Of a stretch of 64,000 nt of DNA, positions 38,740 to 51,102 are shown piece after piece. Position 1 is the first letter of the stretch. Each line of letters starts with the position of its first letter. Below the pieces are notes generated by a model. That model searched no databases. It worked only from the letters and a program-made list of their open reading frames with translations, and was not told the DNA's origin. A program made the position numbers and the translations under genes. Source of the stretch: Camelus ferus (lineage: Eukaryota); NCBI RefSeq assembly GCF_009834535.1, contig NC_045697.1, positions 57,848,001 to 57,912,000 of the forward strand, given 5' to 3'.

Positions 38740-41320
38740 CTAGACAATTCTCAAAGGACATTATGTGATCCCAGAGAGACAGGGGCCAAGTGACAGTATT
38801 TACTTCTCACAAACAAGGTTGCTGTGATGACCACAATGAGCAGCAGACCAAAGTGTTAATCAGAAAGTTCTGAGAAGAAGGAATCTTTGGTATCAGATGA
38901 TGTATCATGATGCTCCTAGGAACAGAATTTTAAATTCAGTCACCAGAAGAGAGAACAATGGCCCCTCCACAAATCGCCCCTCTGAACTCCGCAGAACTGA
39001 GCCTTGAGTTACCTTAGAGACCTAGGGCCTCCTGAATGAAGGGGAAGTCAAGTCCCCTTTGGGAAGGACTCTTGCTTAAATTCCCTAATGTCTATGTTGT
39101 AAATCTTACTCTTAGCCTCTCCTATAAACATCTGTGGCTATTTATCAGGGTGGTTTAATGAAGAAAAAAAAAAAGGAAATAACTAGATACTCAGGGAGTA
39201 GGGGACAGTAGCTCTGAAGTCAAATTAATTCCTGGGATGTAAATGACACTATGGCCCATTAAGTTAAGGACTTGTGAAGGTCAGATGATTAATGGAGTTT
39301 AGCAAGAATCACAGAAGGTACAAACCACCGTCTGGTTATCCTCCCACCTCTGGAATACGCGATTGTAATAGGCAAACCAGGCAATTGAAAATCCCTAAAC
39401 CAATACCCTAGCCTTATAGACTGACGTCTATTATGCTAAGAAAGCCCAAGCTTTCTTACTGCCTCCACCCTTCTAAGCAGTACACCAAACACACATAACA
39501 TTCTTATAGAGCTTGTTCCACCATCAAGGAATTAACACACACAGAAGAAATCCTTCCGTATCTCCAGCCAAATTGCCCACTTGGAGTGTGTGTAAGAGTG
39601 GTGTACACAAGAGAATTACTGTATTTAGTTGTAGGCTCCCATTGCCTGTTCCAGATGTTGGTTTTTGGCTGTTGCACATCAAAACATCTCTTGGCATTTG
39701 GTAAGCAGCTATTGATGAGGGAATTAATTTTTTTCCTATAAATTTAATGAAAACCACCCAAGTTATCCCTGTATTTTCATGTTTCTATTCCCTAGCTCTA
39801 TTCCATAATCTTGTCTACAGGAACATTGATAGCTTCTTCATTCCACAGGATGTCACACAGATCCACTACACTGATTCTATCATGCTGGCTAAACCTATTG
39901 AGCAGGAAGTAGCAATTGTTTTCAACAGCTTGCTAAGATATAGGTATGCTAGAGGTGGAAAATAAATTCCATGAAAAGTCAGGGTCCTAGAACCTCAATT
40001 AAATTCCCAGCAGTCAACTCGTCTAGTGTTTGTTAAGACTGCCCTTCAAAGGAAAAGGACAACTCTGCATTTAGCCTCTCCTACCACTTAAAAAGCACAA
40101 AGCTTATTGGGCCTCTTTAGAGCGAAGGCTATATATACACACACACACACACACAGATATATGTGTATATATATGTGTATGTGTGTGTAAATATATATAT
40201 ATATAAAATTTTCGCTTGCTACTTTTCTACCCATTTACTGAGTAAATTGAAAGGCTGTCAATTTTGGATAGATCCCATAGGAAAAGACATCTCTTAAATA
40301 GGAGCATACAACCCTGACATCTGGGCCATATAATTGAAATGATTTGATGGTGTTTGACCTATCTGTAGCTGATACAGATGTTGTATGTAGCCTACAAGAT
40401 TTTGGAGCAAAGCTATGCCCTCTTCTAAAAAAAAACAAAACAAAACAAAATAAACAAAAAACCCCAAAACAAATAAACAAACAAAAAAGCTCTTTTTTTA
40501 AGAAATAACTTCTGGCTGGCTACTGGGTCCTGGTAGGGACTGGCCACTTGACCATGGCTCGGTTTTTATCATGAAGAATGACCTGCCCATGACAAACCAT
40601 GATGTTTTCTGACCTACTAGGCCCTAAATTTTTAAGTATTCCATCATCAAGTGGAAGTGGTATACACCATCTCATGATAGAACAGGTCCTAAAGGTACAA
40701 GTAAGCCATGTGAAAAATTATATCTGATTCTCATAGCTCCCATTTCTCCTACTTTTTTTCTTTCTTGATTTGCATAATGATCTCATGGGAAATTTACTAT
40801 AATTAATTTCCTGGGGACTAATAATTCAGTTAGAGCCTACAGATGGTTGTAAACAATATGCTGTATATTTGAAAGCAGACAGCTACCTCACTACTTCACT
40901 GAAGAGTGGCTCTAAAAACAGCAGTGAATAAAAACTTCCCATAAAAGGGTACTGACCTTGAGAAATCTATGTCATTATTTATTTTTTTGGTTGGGGGGGT
41001 GGGGAAGAAAAGCTATACAGAAGTATGAGTCATCATCAATTCATGGGCAATAACTAACAATTTGGATAGATGATCAGGGACTCAGAAGGAATACAATTAG
41101 AAAATTGGTTACAAGAAAGTCTGGAAAGAAGTGTGAGATTATCTGTGTCCCACCTGAATGCTTGCCAAAGGTTAACTTCAGTAGAGTGTATTAATGATCA
41201 GATGAAGACGATGCCCCAAACTGTGGGTGGCAATCAGCCACCCTTACCCTTACCCAGTGAACAAAGAGGCCATAACAGCAGGGATGGTGCTTAATGTTGG
41301 CTTAGTAACATGGACTTTGA
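38740..41320 (+). mobile_element. Decayed ERV-L internal region: gag end, protease, RT, RNase H
   Basis: ORF 39747-39965 ALFHNLVYRNID..IPQDVTQIHYTDSIML..EQEVA resembles ERV-L RT (consensus ..LVHYIDDIML..). ORF 41070-41294 VSHLNACQR resembles the RNase H region. Also 'ggctactgggtcctggtagggactg'. Simple repeats lie within it at about 40133-40205 and 40428-40488. Confidence 0.88.
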
Positions 41321-41809
41321 AAATCCTCAATTATTGAAAAAGCTACCATGTTTTTGGCTTTCCATGATAGCTCCATCTTATCAGGCAGAAGCACAATTTT
41401 TCTATTGTTTTATTTGTAAGTAAATATGATGAAGAGAGTTTATATGAATTTCAAGTTAACAAGAGATTTGTTCTGGATTGTGCTTTGTCAGATTGGTTAA
41501 CCTGAACTTACATTGCCCTAAATCTCCTTCCCTATGTAGCCTTAGATTAGATTAGTCCAGAAAAGAAATTTGAAGAAAAAAAGAAGTAAAATATCAGCCA
41601 TTACTCTCTGAAGTTCTTTGTCAGATATGTTACAGAACAGATGAAGTGATATTTGGCAGTTCTGGCTTATCCTCACTCACCCCTGTTCTTTATCCAGATA
41701 TTTTCCCAATGTTTGGTCCTGCTGACCAATAGCTGCCCTAAGCCCATTGGCAAAATCTTATTTGAAGACTCATGGAGGTGATGGATAGAGATGGCAGCCT
41801 TATAAATAC

Positions 41810-43095
41810 CATTCCAGGAGCCCACAAAATTTGTGAGATGCAGCTAAAGAAATGCTGGGAGGAAAACTGGTAACACTAATCATTTACATTAGAAAATACA
41901 GATAAGAAAACAACAGAGAGAAATAAAGAAACCAAAACAATCTGATTCCTTCAAAAAACTGATAAAATTCTAAAAAGCTGTCAAAAATAAAAAGAGAGAA
42001 TAAGCCACCAATGTCAGGAATTAAGCAGAAGAAATCACTACAGATCCTGCTGCAATAAAAAAGATAATAAGAGAATACTAAGAACAAGTTATACTCATAA
42101 ATTCAACAATTTAGAAGCTTTATACTAATTCCTTGAAATCCACAAACTAACATAACTCAAGATTAAATAAATAGCCTGAATAATTCTATAATAATTATAT
42201 AAATTTCATGTGTAATTAAAACTCCCCCCAAAATAATATCCAGGCCCAGTGGTTTCCCTGGTGAATTCTACCAAACATTTAAATAAGAAATAACCCCATA
42301 TTTACACACAATCTCTTCCAGAAAATGAAAGAAAAGAAATATTTTCCAACTCATTTTTTTAATTAGTATTACACTGATACAAAAACCAAAGATAGTGCTC
42401 TCCATCACCCTCCCAAAAAAGATAAAACTAAAGACCAATATCTCTCAACAAATTAAAAATGAAAACTCAAAAATATTAGAAATATATCAAATGTATCCCA
42501 GAGTAAATCAAAAACTTATGATCACACACATACATAATGTACTCAAAATTTCATAGGAGCTTTTTTTTTTTTGGTAACAGGCAAAACTAGAAATAACACA
42601 GATGTCTTTAATGGGCAAAGAGTTAAACAAATTGTGGCATATAATACCATGGAACTCTACTCAACAGTAAAAAAGAATAACTATTGATATGTGCAACAAC
42701 ATGGATGAATCTAAAGGAATACAGGCTGAGTAGAAATTTCCACTCTTCTTGAAATGACAAAAATATAGAAATAGAGAAAAAAATAGAGAAAAGAGTAATG
42801 GTTTCTAAAGGCGAGGCAGGGAGTGGGAGGTTGGTATTACAAAAAAAGGACAACAGGAAGGATCCTTCTGGTGATGGAATTCTGCTGTATCTTGACTGTA
42901 GCAACGGCAATATGCTGGTTGTGACAATGCACCATCAATTTCTCCAGCCATTGTCCCTCTACCTCTATGTGTTGTACTATCAGTTTTTCATTATGTTATT
43001 ATGGTGAGGGGGATGCACCTGGATAGAGGGAATACAGGCTACATCTGTACTGTTTCTTACAACTGAATATAAATTATCTCAAAATAAAAGGTTTA
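41810..43095 (+). mobile_element. Old L1 (L1MC/MD-like) ORF2 fragment plus 3' UTR
   Basis: 'ccaggcccagtggtttccctggtgaattctaccaaacatttaa' (ORF2) and 3' end 'ctgtatcttgactgt..tttcttacaactg..ttatctcaaaataaaagg'. Confidence 0.8.
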
Positions 43096-43139
43096 ATTAA
43101 AATATACATTATCAAGATAATAACTCATTCCTTGCAGTT

Positions 43140-44140
43140 ATTCTTTACTTGACTTCAGAACATCACACTGTTGATTTTCCTTCTACATCCTCCTTTGTTA
43201 CACTTGGAATCAAGTTGTAACCTGGTTATCCTTTTGCATAATTAGTTGTTCCAACTGCATCTTCTTTAATTACTTTCCTCATCTCCCTGATTTCTAAATC
43301 TTTGAGTACTCCAAGATGCAGTCCTGTCCCATACGTCTTATCTTTTCTATTTATATTTGTTCTTCTCAAGTAATTAAACTTTAAATACCATCTGTCTGCT
43401 GAGTCTCAAACATTTATCTCTACCTCCTACATTCCAGATAGTTGAATCTAGCTGCCTACCCAGTATCTCCACTTCGATGTTTGAGAAGCATCATAAATAG
43501 AATATTTCTAATATCAAACTCCAACTCATCTCTAAAATGTGTTCCCTATCTCAGTAAAAGGTTTGTTTTTTTTTTAGTTTAGTTTAGTTGCTGAGAAATC
43601 CTAGATTTATCTTTGACTCTTCTTTACTCTTTCATTACTGAAGTCCAAATTAACTAGAAATTCCTCTTCGTTCTTAAAAAGATGTCAAGTATCCTATCAC
43701 TGCTTACCACACTCACTGCATCCATCATGCCAAAGCCACCATTATTTTCACTTGGGTTCTTACAAAAACCTTCAAATTTTTTTCTGCTTCTTTCTGCTTT
43801 CTCTGGCTCCCTTGTTGCTACCTGCTGTCCATCTTAACACAAGGACCAGAGTAAGATTTTAAATATATATCTGATGTTTACAAATTTGTTTTTATTCCAC
43901 TTCCTTCCACTTCAGCTCCACTTACCCCTGTAGACATCACCACCTTATAGAACATACATTTTTACGTTCTTCCCTAATTTTTAAAGATCTCTTTCTTTCC
44001 TACCAAAGTATAATCAATGTCAAGGCAAAAGTTTTTGTCTATTTTGTTTCCTGAGAAATGCCCAGTGCAACAACATTTCCTGACATGTGGTTGAGATTGA
44101 ATAAATATGTATTAAGTACATGAATGAAAAACTACACGAA
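43140..44140 (+). mobile_element. L2 3' fragment
   Basis: Pyrimidine-rich L2 motifs 'ttaaataccatctgtctgctgagtctcaaacatttatctc' and 'gccaccattattttcacttgg', ending in a tgaatgaa-like tail. Confidence 0.7.
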
Positions 44141-45650
44141 TGAAATATAAAATTAACAAGGCCTGAAAATGATCTGAAAGTAAAACATGTGGAAGAGAAA
44201 GAAATTAATATGACACTGGGGTTTCTTGTCTGAGTGACTACAAGGATTGAATGTTTTATTAAGTGAGAGACTCTGTAAAATGTTGGGGGGTGGTCAGAGG
44301 AAGACAATGATTTTGAACATGTTGGGTTCTATTCATGTCAATGAATCCGTATCAAACTAGCAATTAGAATTTATTATAAGAAGGAAAGCTAGCCTAAAAG
44401 GTAGGTCATTTTTAAGCTTCTTAAACTATTTCAATTAAACATTTTTACTTTTCTGCTGTTTTTTTCCTTTCAGCATAATGTACATATGATGGGACAGATT
44501 TTAACCCAATCTGTGGGTACGTTTGCGATTATTACTTAAAATGTAGGTTTTGCAGTTTCCTGAATACCTGCCTTGGGAAATCTGATGAGAACCTCAAAGA
44601 TCTTTGCAAACTTCCTCAAGGACAGATAGAACTGATGACCACCTAGAAGTCCATTTGGCTACTGAAGGGGAGATAACATACTAACACACGTTCATATGCA
44701 GCAGATAAACCAAACACATAGTGGTTTAAGACAGGGTTTCTAAAAGAAAGTTGCAAAGACAGACACTCCAAATCATAGGCACTCATTTGCATTCTCCAGG
44801 GTGAGGAGAAGCAGGGATTTATTTATATTCGTTAATGATTCTCCCACTAGGCTAGACAGTTATTTAATAGAAGAATTTGAAAAAGTACGTAATTAATTTA
44901 GACCTTACAGTATTAGAGAAGCAGTTAACTATGAGTTTTAATACCTATGGACAGATTTTGGTTATCAAGTCTGGCCCGTTAGAGTCTGGCCACATTGCCT
45001 CTACTTGGGTCCACCACCATCTGAATAGTAATGCCTTCCTTGAAGCACAGAGAACTTACAGGTGAGATTTTATTTGGTACGATGAAATTCCAAACAACTA
45101 TGATTAGTTATTACCCAGTGAAACTCTGTTTTTTTTTAAGGCTTGCTTTTCATCTGAAACCTCTGATGTTTCCAGTGTTAATAAGCTCTGGCTGCAGACA
45201 CACTTCCTAGCCACCCAATTTACCTTTCTTAAGTTTAACACTTCAGTGCTTTAGAAACACTTGATATCAATGCAATTGGATCACCTACTTAGACTTAGAG
45301 AAAGACACTACATGTAACATCCCACAGTTCCTTCTGTGTAACTAGGCAGTCAGTGTCTGGATCACATCCTCTTTCCCTCATGGTAAGCAGAGAAAAGAAA
45401 GAAAAGGAAGATTTAATTATAAACGGGCATGAATAATAAAAACACTGAAGAATGTAGGAGAGCCTCACTAACAAAATGAAAATAAAGCTAGTGTGATGCC
45501 TGATGGCAATAATTTTGACAAAACAATGGAACCCATTAGACTCAATTGTGAGGATATAGCTTTAGGGGAAAAATGAAAAACTCAAATTTAGTGCATAGGA
45601 TTTTCCTTCTCCCTAAATTTTACTGTGCTCTCTTAAGAATATGACTCCTT

Positions 45651-45686
45651 GATTCAATTCTGGGTTTCGGTAGGAAAAAAATAAAA
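45651..45686 (+). pseudogene. Retroposed 3' fragment of tRNA-Phe(GAA) with A tail
   Basis: TGATTCAATTCTGGGTTTCGGTA versus tRNA-Phe TGGTTCGATCCCGGGTTTCGGCA (18/23, all differences transitions). Perfect 16-bp TSD AAGAATATGACTCCTT at 45635-45650 and 45687-45702. Confidence 0.65.
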
Positions 45687-46884
45687 AAGAATATGACTCC
45701 TTTTAAAATTATTAAAAATTACACTTTTACTCTATGATGTATAATAGAAAGTATACATTTCTGGCTCTTTCACAAATAACACAGAAAGAAGAATGATTTA
45801 AAGGTCTGTGGTATCATAAAAAATCTAGTGTTTGTGTTTCAGTATTTGACAGTAATCCTTGACTCAGTGCAAAGGATAATTATGACTTGCATAATTTTAC
45901 CTCCTTTAAATTTTGGCATTTTTGAGGTAATGATTATCAGGGAATGCTGTAACATTTAATATGCCACTAAATGCTAGGAGTCTGGAATATATCCAACGTT
46001 TGTCAGAAATGATATTTATTTAAGCTGCAATCCTATAGAAGAGAGAATTACACTATTTCCAGACAAATTCCTTGTCATTACTATGACTCCCCAGTACCGC
46101 CCTCACTCACATGTGTGAACTTGAGCATGGTTAATCTCACTCATATTTACTTGATTATGTTATGTCAAATTTTACTTCCAATTCTCAAAATAATTCTGAT
46201 TGTATGTATGAATTTCTGATGACAATAATAATTTCATTCTCTATACTCGACTTTTGAATTGACAGTGACAGCCCTTTCTGGTTGTAAGTGAAGACTAAAT
46301 GTTTAAATATAATAAAAAGAAAAAGTGTACAGGTATAAGTTATCATAGACTAATTCTGCCATGTGATATTCTTTTAAAGACGATATCCCATTTGCATTCC
46401 CCCCTGGTATTTCCTGTAGCCTCTCCATGCTTTCAAGTAGATGGTTGGTTCTCATTGCCCCAAAAGGGGGAGAGGACACAGCCCAAGAGGAAAAATGTGA
46501 AAGTCCTGCCTGGTGTTTGAGCGCCCAAAACTAGGATCTTGTAGTTGTAAGGTATGGGTGGAAGAATTGTGATTTGAAATTTAAACAAATTGTTTCAGAG
46601 AAAGAATAACATGATTTTTCTATGTTGGAGAGATATGTAAACTAAAGAGTGGGGCCAATTTTACTGGCCTAAGAATAAGATAGTGTGCCTTATTTCCTAG
46701 TCACAGTTCCAGGAAGTCTCCAAAGATCAGATGGATATATGGAGACAGGGTATATCTAGACAAACAAGGTCACAGAGCCCTCTTTAAAATTCCTGTTCTC
46801 TATAATAATAAGGAAAAAACAAAGATACCTGCTGGATGTCTTTGTCTTCTATAACATAAAGGCATTTGCCACCTGTATACAGAA

Positions 46885-47330
46885 TGTTGAGAAATTGTAT
46901 TATTTTTTCACAATTATTTCTTTTCCTTCTGCCCTTACTTTGATTTACTGCAAGCAACAGCGAACCTATGTTACCTTGTCCCAGTTTACTTTGGACTTAA
47001 GGCATAGATTTGATTTGACACATGGTATGTGGGCAGAGGGGAGCTCTTTAGTTCTAAACAGAGGCTATAAGAGGCATCATGTATTTGTCCTTGTCTCCCT
47101 TGTGCTGTGCCATCAGATACAAAAAGAGCACTTTCCGAATAGCTATGATTCCCACACCCTGGGTCCTGGAATAGAAAAGACTTGATTTGATTTGCAGCCT
47201 GGAGCTAGGTCAACCTGAGTCCAGTTAAGCCCACCCAAGGCGAGCCAAGACACAGACTCTGGGGTGAGAAATTTTGTTGTGCATCACTAAAATATTGGTG
47301 GTTTTTAATCACAGCAAAAACTAACCACTA
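46885..47330 (+). mobile_element. Old MaLR LTR (MLT1H/I-like)
   Basis: 'gaggctataagaggcatcatgtatttg..cctgggtcctggaatag..ttgcagcctggagc..cacagcaaaaactaac'. Confidence 0.6.
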
Positions 47331-47629
47331 CTAGAAGTGACAGAAGACAGAAGAGATTCTGATTATCTTAGTGGGTAATCACATGGAAAATAATTTAACA
47401 ATTTAACATACACCCACCTCAAACAACAGCAACAACAACAAAAAACAATCAAGTGACCGAACAGGATACTCTAAAATCTCCTTAGGAAACTTGCTGTAGC
47501 AACACCCAAAATTGAACAAAATTAAGTTTTTCCACCCAACTGAGGGATTGGTAAGTGAAAAAAAAGAAAGTAAAGTGAAGATTGAAGAAATCCTGAAAGT
47601 TTGAGTTTTTCAGGTAATAGAATTTAGAG

Positions 47630-47835
47630 ATATGCTGTCTAATATTGTAGCCACTAGCCACATGTGGCCATTTAGTGAATTTAAATTAATTAAAATTAAG
47701 ACAAAATTAAAAATTCAATTCCCTAATCACTACAGTGTTTCAAGTCTTAATAGCTACATGTGGTTAATAGCTACCCTATTGGAGAATACATATTACAAAT
47801 CATTCTCATCATCACAGTGTTCTAAGGGACAGTGA
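47630..47835 (-). mobile_element. MER3-like hAT-Charlie MITE
   Basis: 'gctgtctaatattgtagccactagccacatgtggcc..tagctacatgtggttaatagctaccctattgg'. Confidence 0.8.
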
Positions 47836-49416
47836 TGGTCTAGAGGTCTCAGTGCTTTATCCTTTACATGGATAATAAATGAGAGAAAATAATTATTATG
47901 TTTCCATTTTGGGCAAACAGAAAGTTATGGGATGTTGTATTATTCTTGTAATTTTCACTTTTACCTCCCTCTCTTTTAATATAAACTTGTCCCTATAAGT
48001 TGCCTTGGTTATATAAAAAGGAGTATGTTTGATATGGTTGTGTCCAAGAAAAAGCTTTAAATACAACTGCATGGTTCATCTCCCTACTTTGACATAAAAA
48101 TTGGCCTGTCTCAAATGAGAGCCCCTTCTTATTCTGAGCTCCAGGTGAGATGGCAGGTGGAGCAATAAACAGTCTAAGCAGGTCTGCCCTCCAGATCTGA
48201 AGGCAACCTGCAAACCTCGTAAACTGTGGGAAAACAATGATTGCCTCAAATCATTGAAATTTGGATTATTTGATCTCCTCTAGCAAATCTTATCAGTACT
48301 AAAGAGATTCAGAGAACAAGGGAATTTTGGAGTAGAAAATAAAAGTTTAGTATGTTGAGTTTGAGATACCTGTATAATGATTTAGTGAAGATGCCTGGCA
48401 ATATGTCCAAGTAGATATGGGGTTCTGGAACTCAGGAGAAAAATTCAGGCACGTAATACAAGGTTTGGGCATAAACTGCTGAAATGATCACTGAAACTTG
48501 GGAATATATGCTATTATCCACACGGAATTCACAGCATAAACAAGAGTTTTGAAAACAAAATCTCTTTACAGTAGATGCATTTTACCATTTTATGTACTCT
48601 AAATATTTATTTGCCTTTTGCTTGATAAATGATTATAATAACTGCAATCTGGAAATATGCCTCAGCCTTCAACCTGGTTTCCATGGGTTTAGCTCTACCT
48701 AAAGCTCCAGGGGTGGCCTTTCTCTAGCTAAACCAATCAGGGTATCTCTTTTCCTTATATACAATGACCACTGCCCCTCATGATCAAAGAGTCATGAGAA
48801 GGTATTTGTGAGGCTCTGGGAAACGGACATGTTTTTCATGTAAATGGGAATAGATTCTCTTCCCCTGGATGGTGTAGTGGGACTGAGTTGTACAACTGCC
48901 GTTGCAACATATGATTCAGGAGTATTTTCTGAGGATGCTGGAGTAAAGGGGCCCAATGTGGAGCCTGAAAAGAAAACTGACACTATACAGAAAAGAAGAA
49001 TGAAGGCACAGAAGAAAAAAAATAATCAGGGTGTGCTTGATGATATTATTTGAACTTTCTAAAACTTCACTTAAACAGCCCTACTGCTTGTCTCTTTACT
49101 TATGTGACCCAGTACATTCATTCTAATCATTGAGTTAATTTTAACATGAGTTTTTAATATCGTGAAATAGAATTCTAGCTGGTATACATAAAACACACAA
49201 ATATTAATAAAGTGGCTGAAGGAGAAACATTTAGTTAAGCCTTGAAATGACATGCCACAGAAAACAAAAAACAAAATGTACATCATGAAAGAGTGCCTCA
49301 GGTAAAAGGAGAGACTGATAATTCAGATGCTACTCAAAAATACAGTAAGCAAAAACTGTAACAGTCTCAAAAATTTCACTGCCTTTAGTAACAAAAACAT
49401 ATTTTGGAATAAAGCA

Positions 49417-49784
49417 TGCTATAAATGGAATGTTTGTGTCCCCCGGAATTCATATGTTGAAACTCTAATTCCCAATATGATGATATCTGGAGATGGGGCA
49501 TTTGAGAAGTGATTAGGTCACGAGGGTGGAGCCTTCGTGATGACACTACTGTCCTGAGACAACAGAGAACTTCCTCTCTCCTTCTCCCTGGCTGTCTCTC
49601 CCTTTCTCCCACTGTCTCTCTCTCTCTCCTTCCCTCCCACTCCCTTCATGTGAAGGTATGAGAAGGAAGTAATCTGGAAACTTCACCAAGAACTTGACTT
49701 CCAGCCTCCAAATCTGTGAGAACTAAGTTTGTTGTTTAAGCCACTCAGTTTATATTTTTTATTACAGCAGCTCCAATTAAGGCA
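49417..49784 (+). mobile_element. MaLR solo LTR (MLT1A-like)
   Basis: TG...CA termini, 'aatgtttgtgtcccc..attcatatgttgaa..gacttccagcctcca'; perfect 5-bp TSD AAGCA at 49412-49416 and 49785-49789. Confidence 0.9.
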
Positions 49785-50897
49785 AAGCATAATGCTTTAT
49801 TCAAAGGTATTAATAAATTGTATAGTGGAAATAAAATTTGAGATTTCCATTCTTTGGGAATGACTGGGAGTTTTTGAAACGAGTGAAAGTAGACAACAGT
49901 CACGAAGAAATTTGGCTGTGTAGGGGGAAAACAGGTAAAGTAATTGGTGGAATAGCATACGAATTTGAGGCAAGCTTTTTATGTTTAAGCTTTTTAAATG
50001 TGTACTTTTTAAGTTTTCATACATATGATCACTTTTAAATAGATGGTAACATGTCAACACAGAGGACTGCACAAACTGAAAATGTATGAGAGAGTTGGGA
50101 TAAAGAAAATGGATCACTATCACTAAGAAAGTGGGAAAGAGAGGAGGCAAAGTCTTACATTAAGACACAGCTTTATTCTAAATGTGGCATCAGGAGCTTA
50201 AAACTTTTTTATTTGATTATTTCTGTTTTCCTCTTTGAAGTACTGGAACAACACTTCTACCAAGAATAAGTGAAGAGGTGGTTGACTACATGCTTGAAAA
50301 GAGTGATAACAGTTTGCAATAGTTTTGTAGAGGAGAGGAAAGTATGAAAATGGAACAATTAGGAGAAAGCACTGAGGGTTTGTTTAATATGTGGAAAAAA
50401 GAATCTGTATTGTGTTGTATGGCACTGAATATATAGTCCATTTGGATGTGGTAGTCAAGGAGAATAATGGCTGAATTTGGAGTGCAGAGGACTCATTTAT
50501 GCTAGGTACGACACTGTTCAGTAAATGAGAGGGAGTTATAATATACATGGTAAAATAACAGTGACTAAAATTGAGTAGTTGGAGGAACAGGCACAGCCAG
50601 ATGGCATAACACTCAAAGGAACAGATGCTTTTAACATGAGGGTGGAACAGTAATGAGCCTGAAACTATATTCAGGAGTGAATTGGCTATAATCCGTTTCC
50701 TAGCACTGATGTAGGTGAGATACACGATAATGAAGAAGCTGTAATAGGAGTTACACTCTTAGCAAATAGCTAGATTTCAGTCAGTGCAATGAGAGGCAAA
50801 GAATACGGAAAACTTCAGGTTGTGGGAGAATTTTATAGCTGAGAATGTGGGTTCCAGAAGGCAGAATGACACGTTTTGGTAAAGAGAGCAATAATGG

Positions 50898-51102
50898 AAT
50901 AGATAAACAAGATCCTACTGTATAGCATAAGGAACGAGATTCAATACCTTGGAATGGTCTATAGTAAAAAAGAAGATTAAAAGGAATGTATATATATATG
51001 AATCACTCTGCTGTATACCAGAAATTGCAACATTTTAAATCGACCATACTTTGATTTAAAAAATCCACATCACCACATTAAAAAATAATGATAATAATAA
51101 AT
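50898..51102 (+). mobile_element. Young L1 3' tail
   Basis: 'atagataaacaagatcctactgtatagca..gctgtataccagaaattgcaac'; 16-bp TSD AAGAGAGCAA(T/C)AATGG at 50882-50897 and 51103-51118. Confidence 0.88.

Noticed and set aside
39747..39965. Domesticated retroviral pol gene
   Set aside because: Short fragment, catalytic DD lost, and surrounded by frameshifts and simple repeats.
41480..41800. Possible LTR41-like remnant as the 3' LTR of the ERV-L
   Set aside because: Resemblance is weak and the orientation appears opposite to the internal region.
44520..45150. Possible old LTR on the minus strand
   Set aside because: Too diverged for me to define termini or family by eye.
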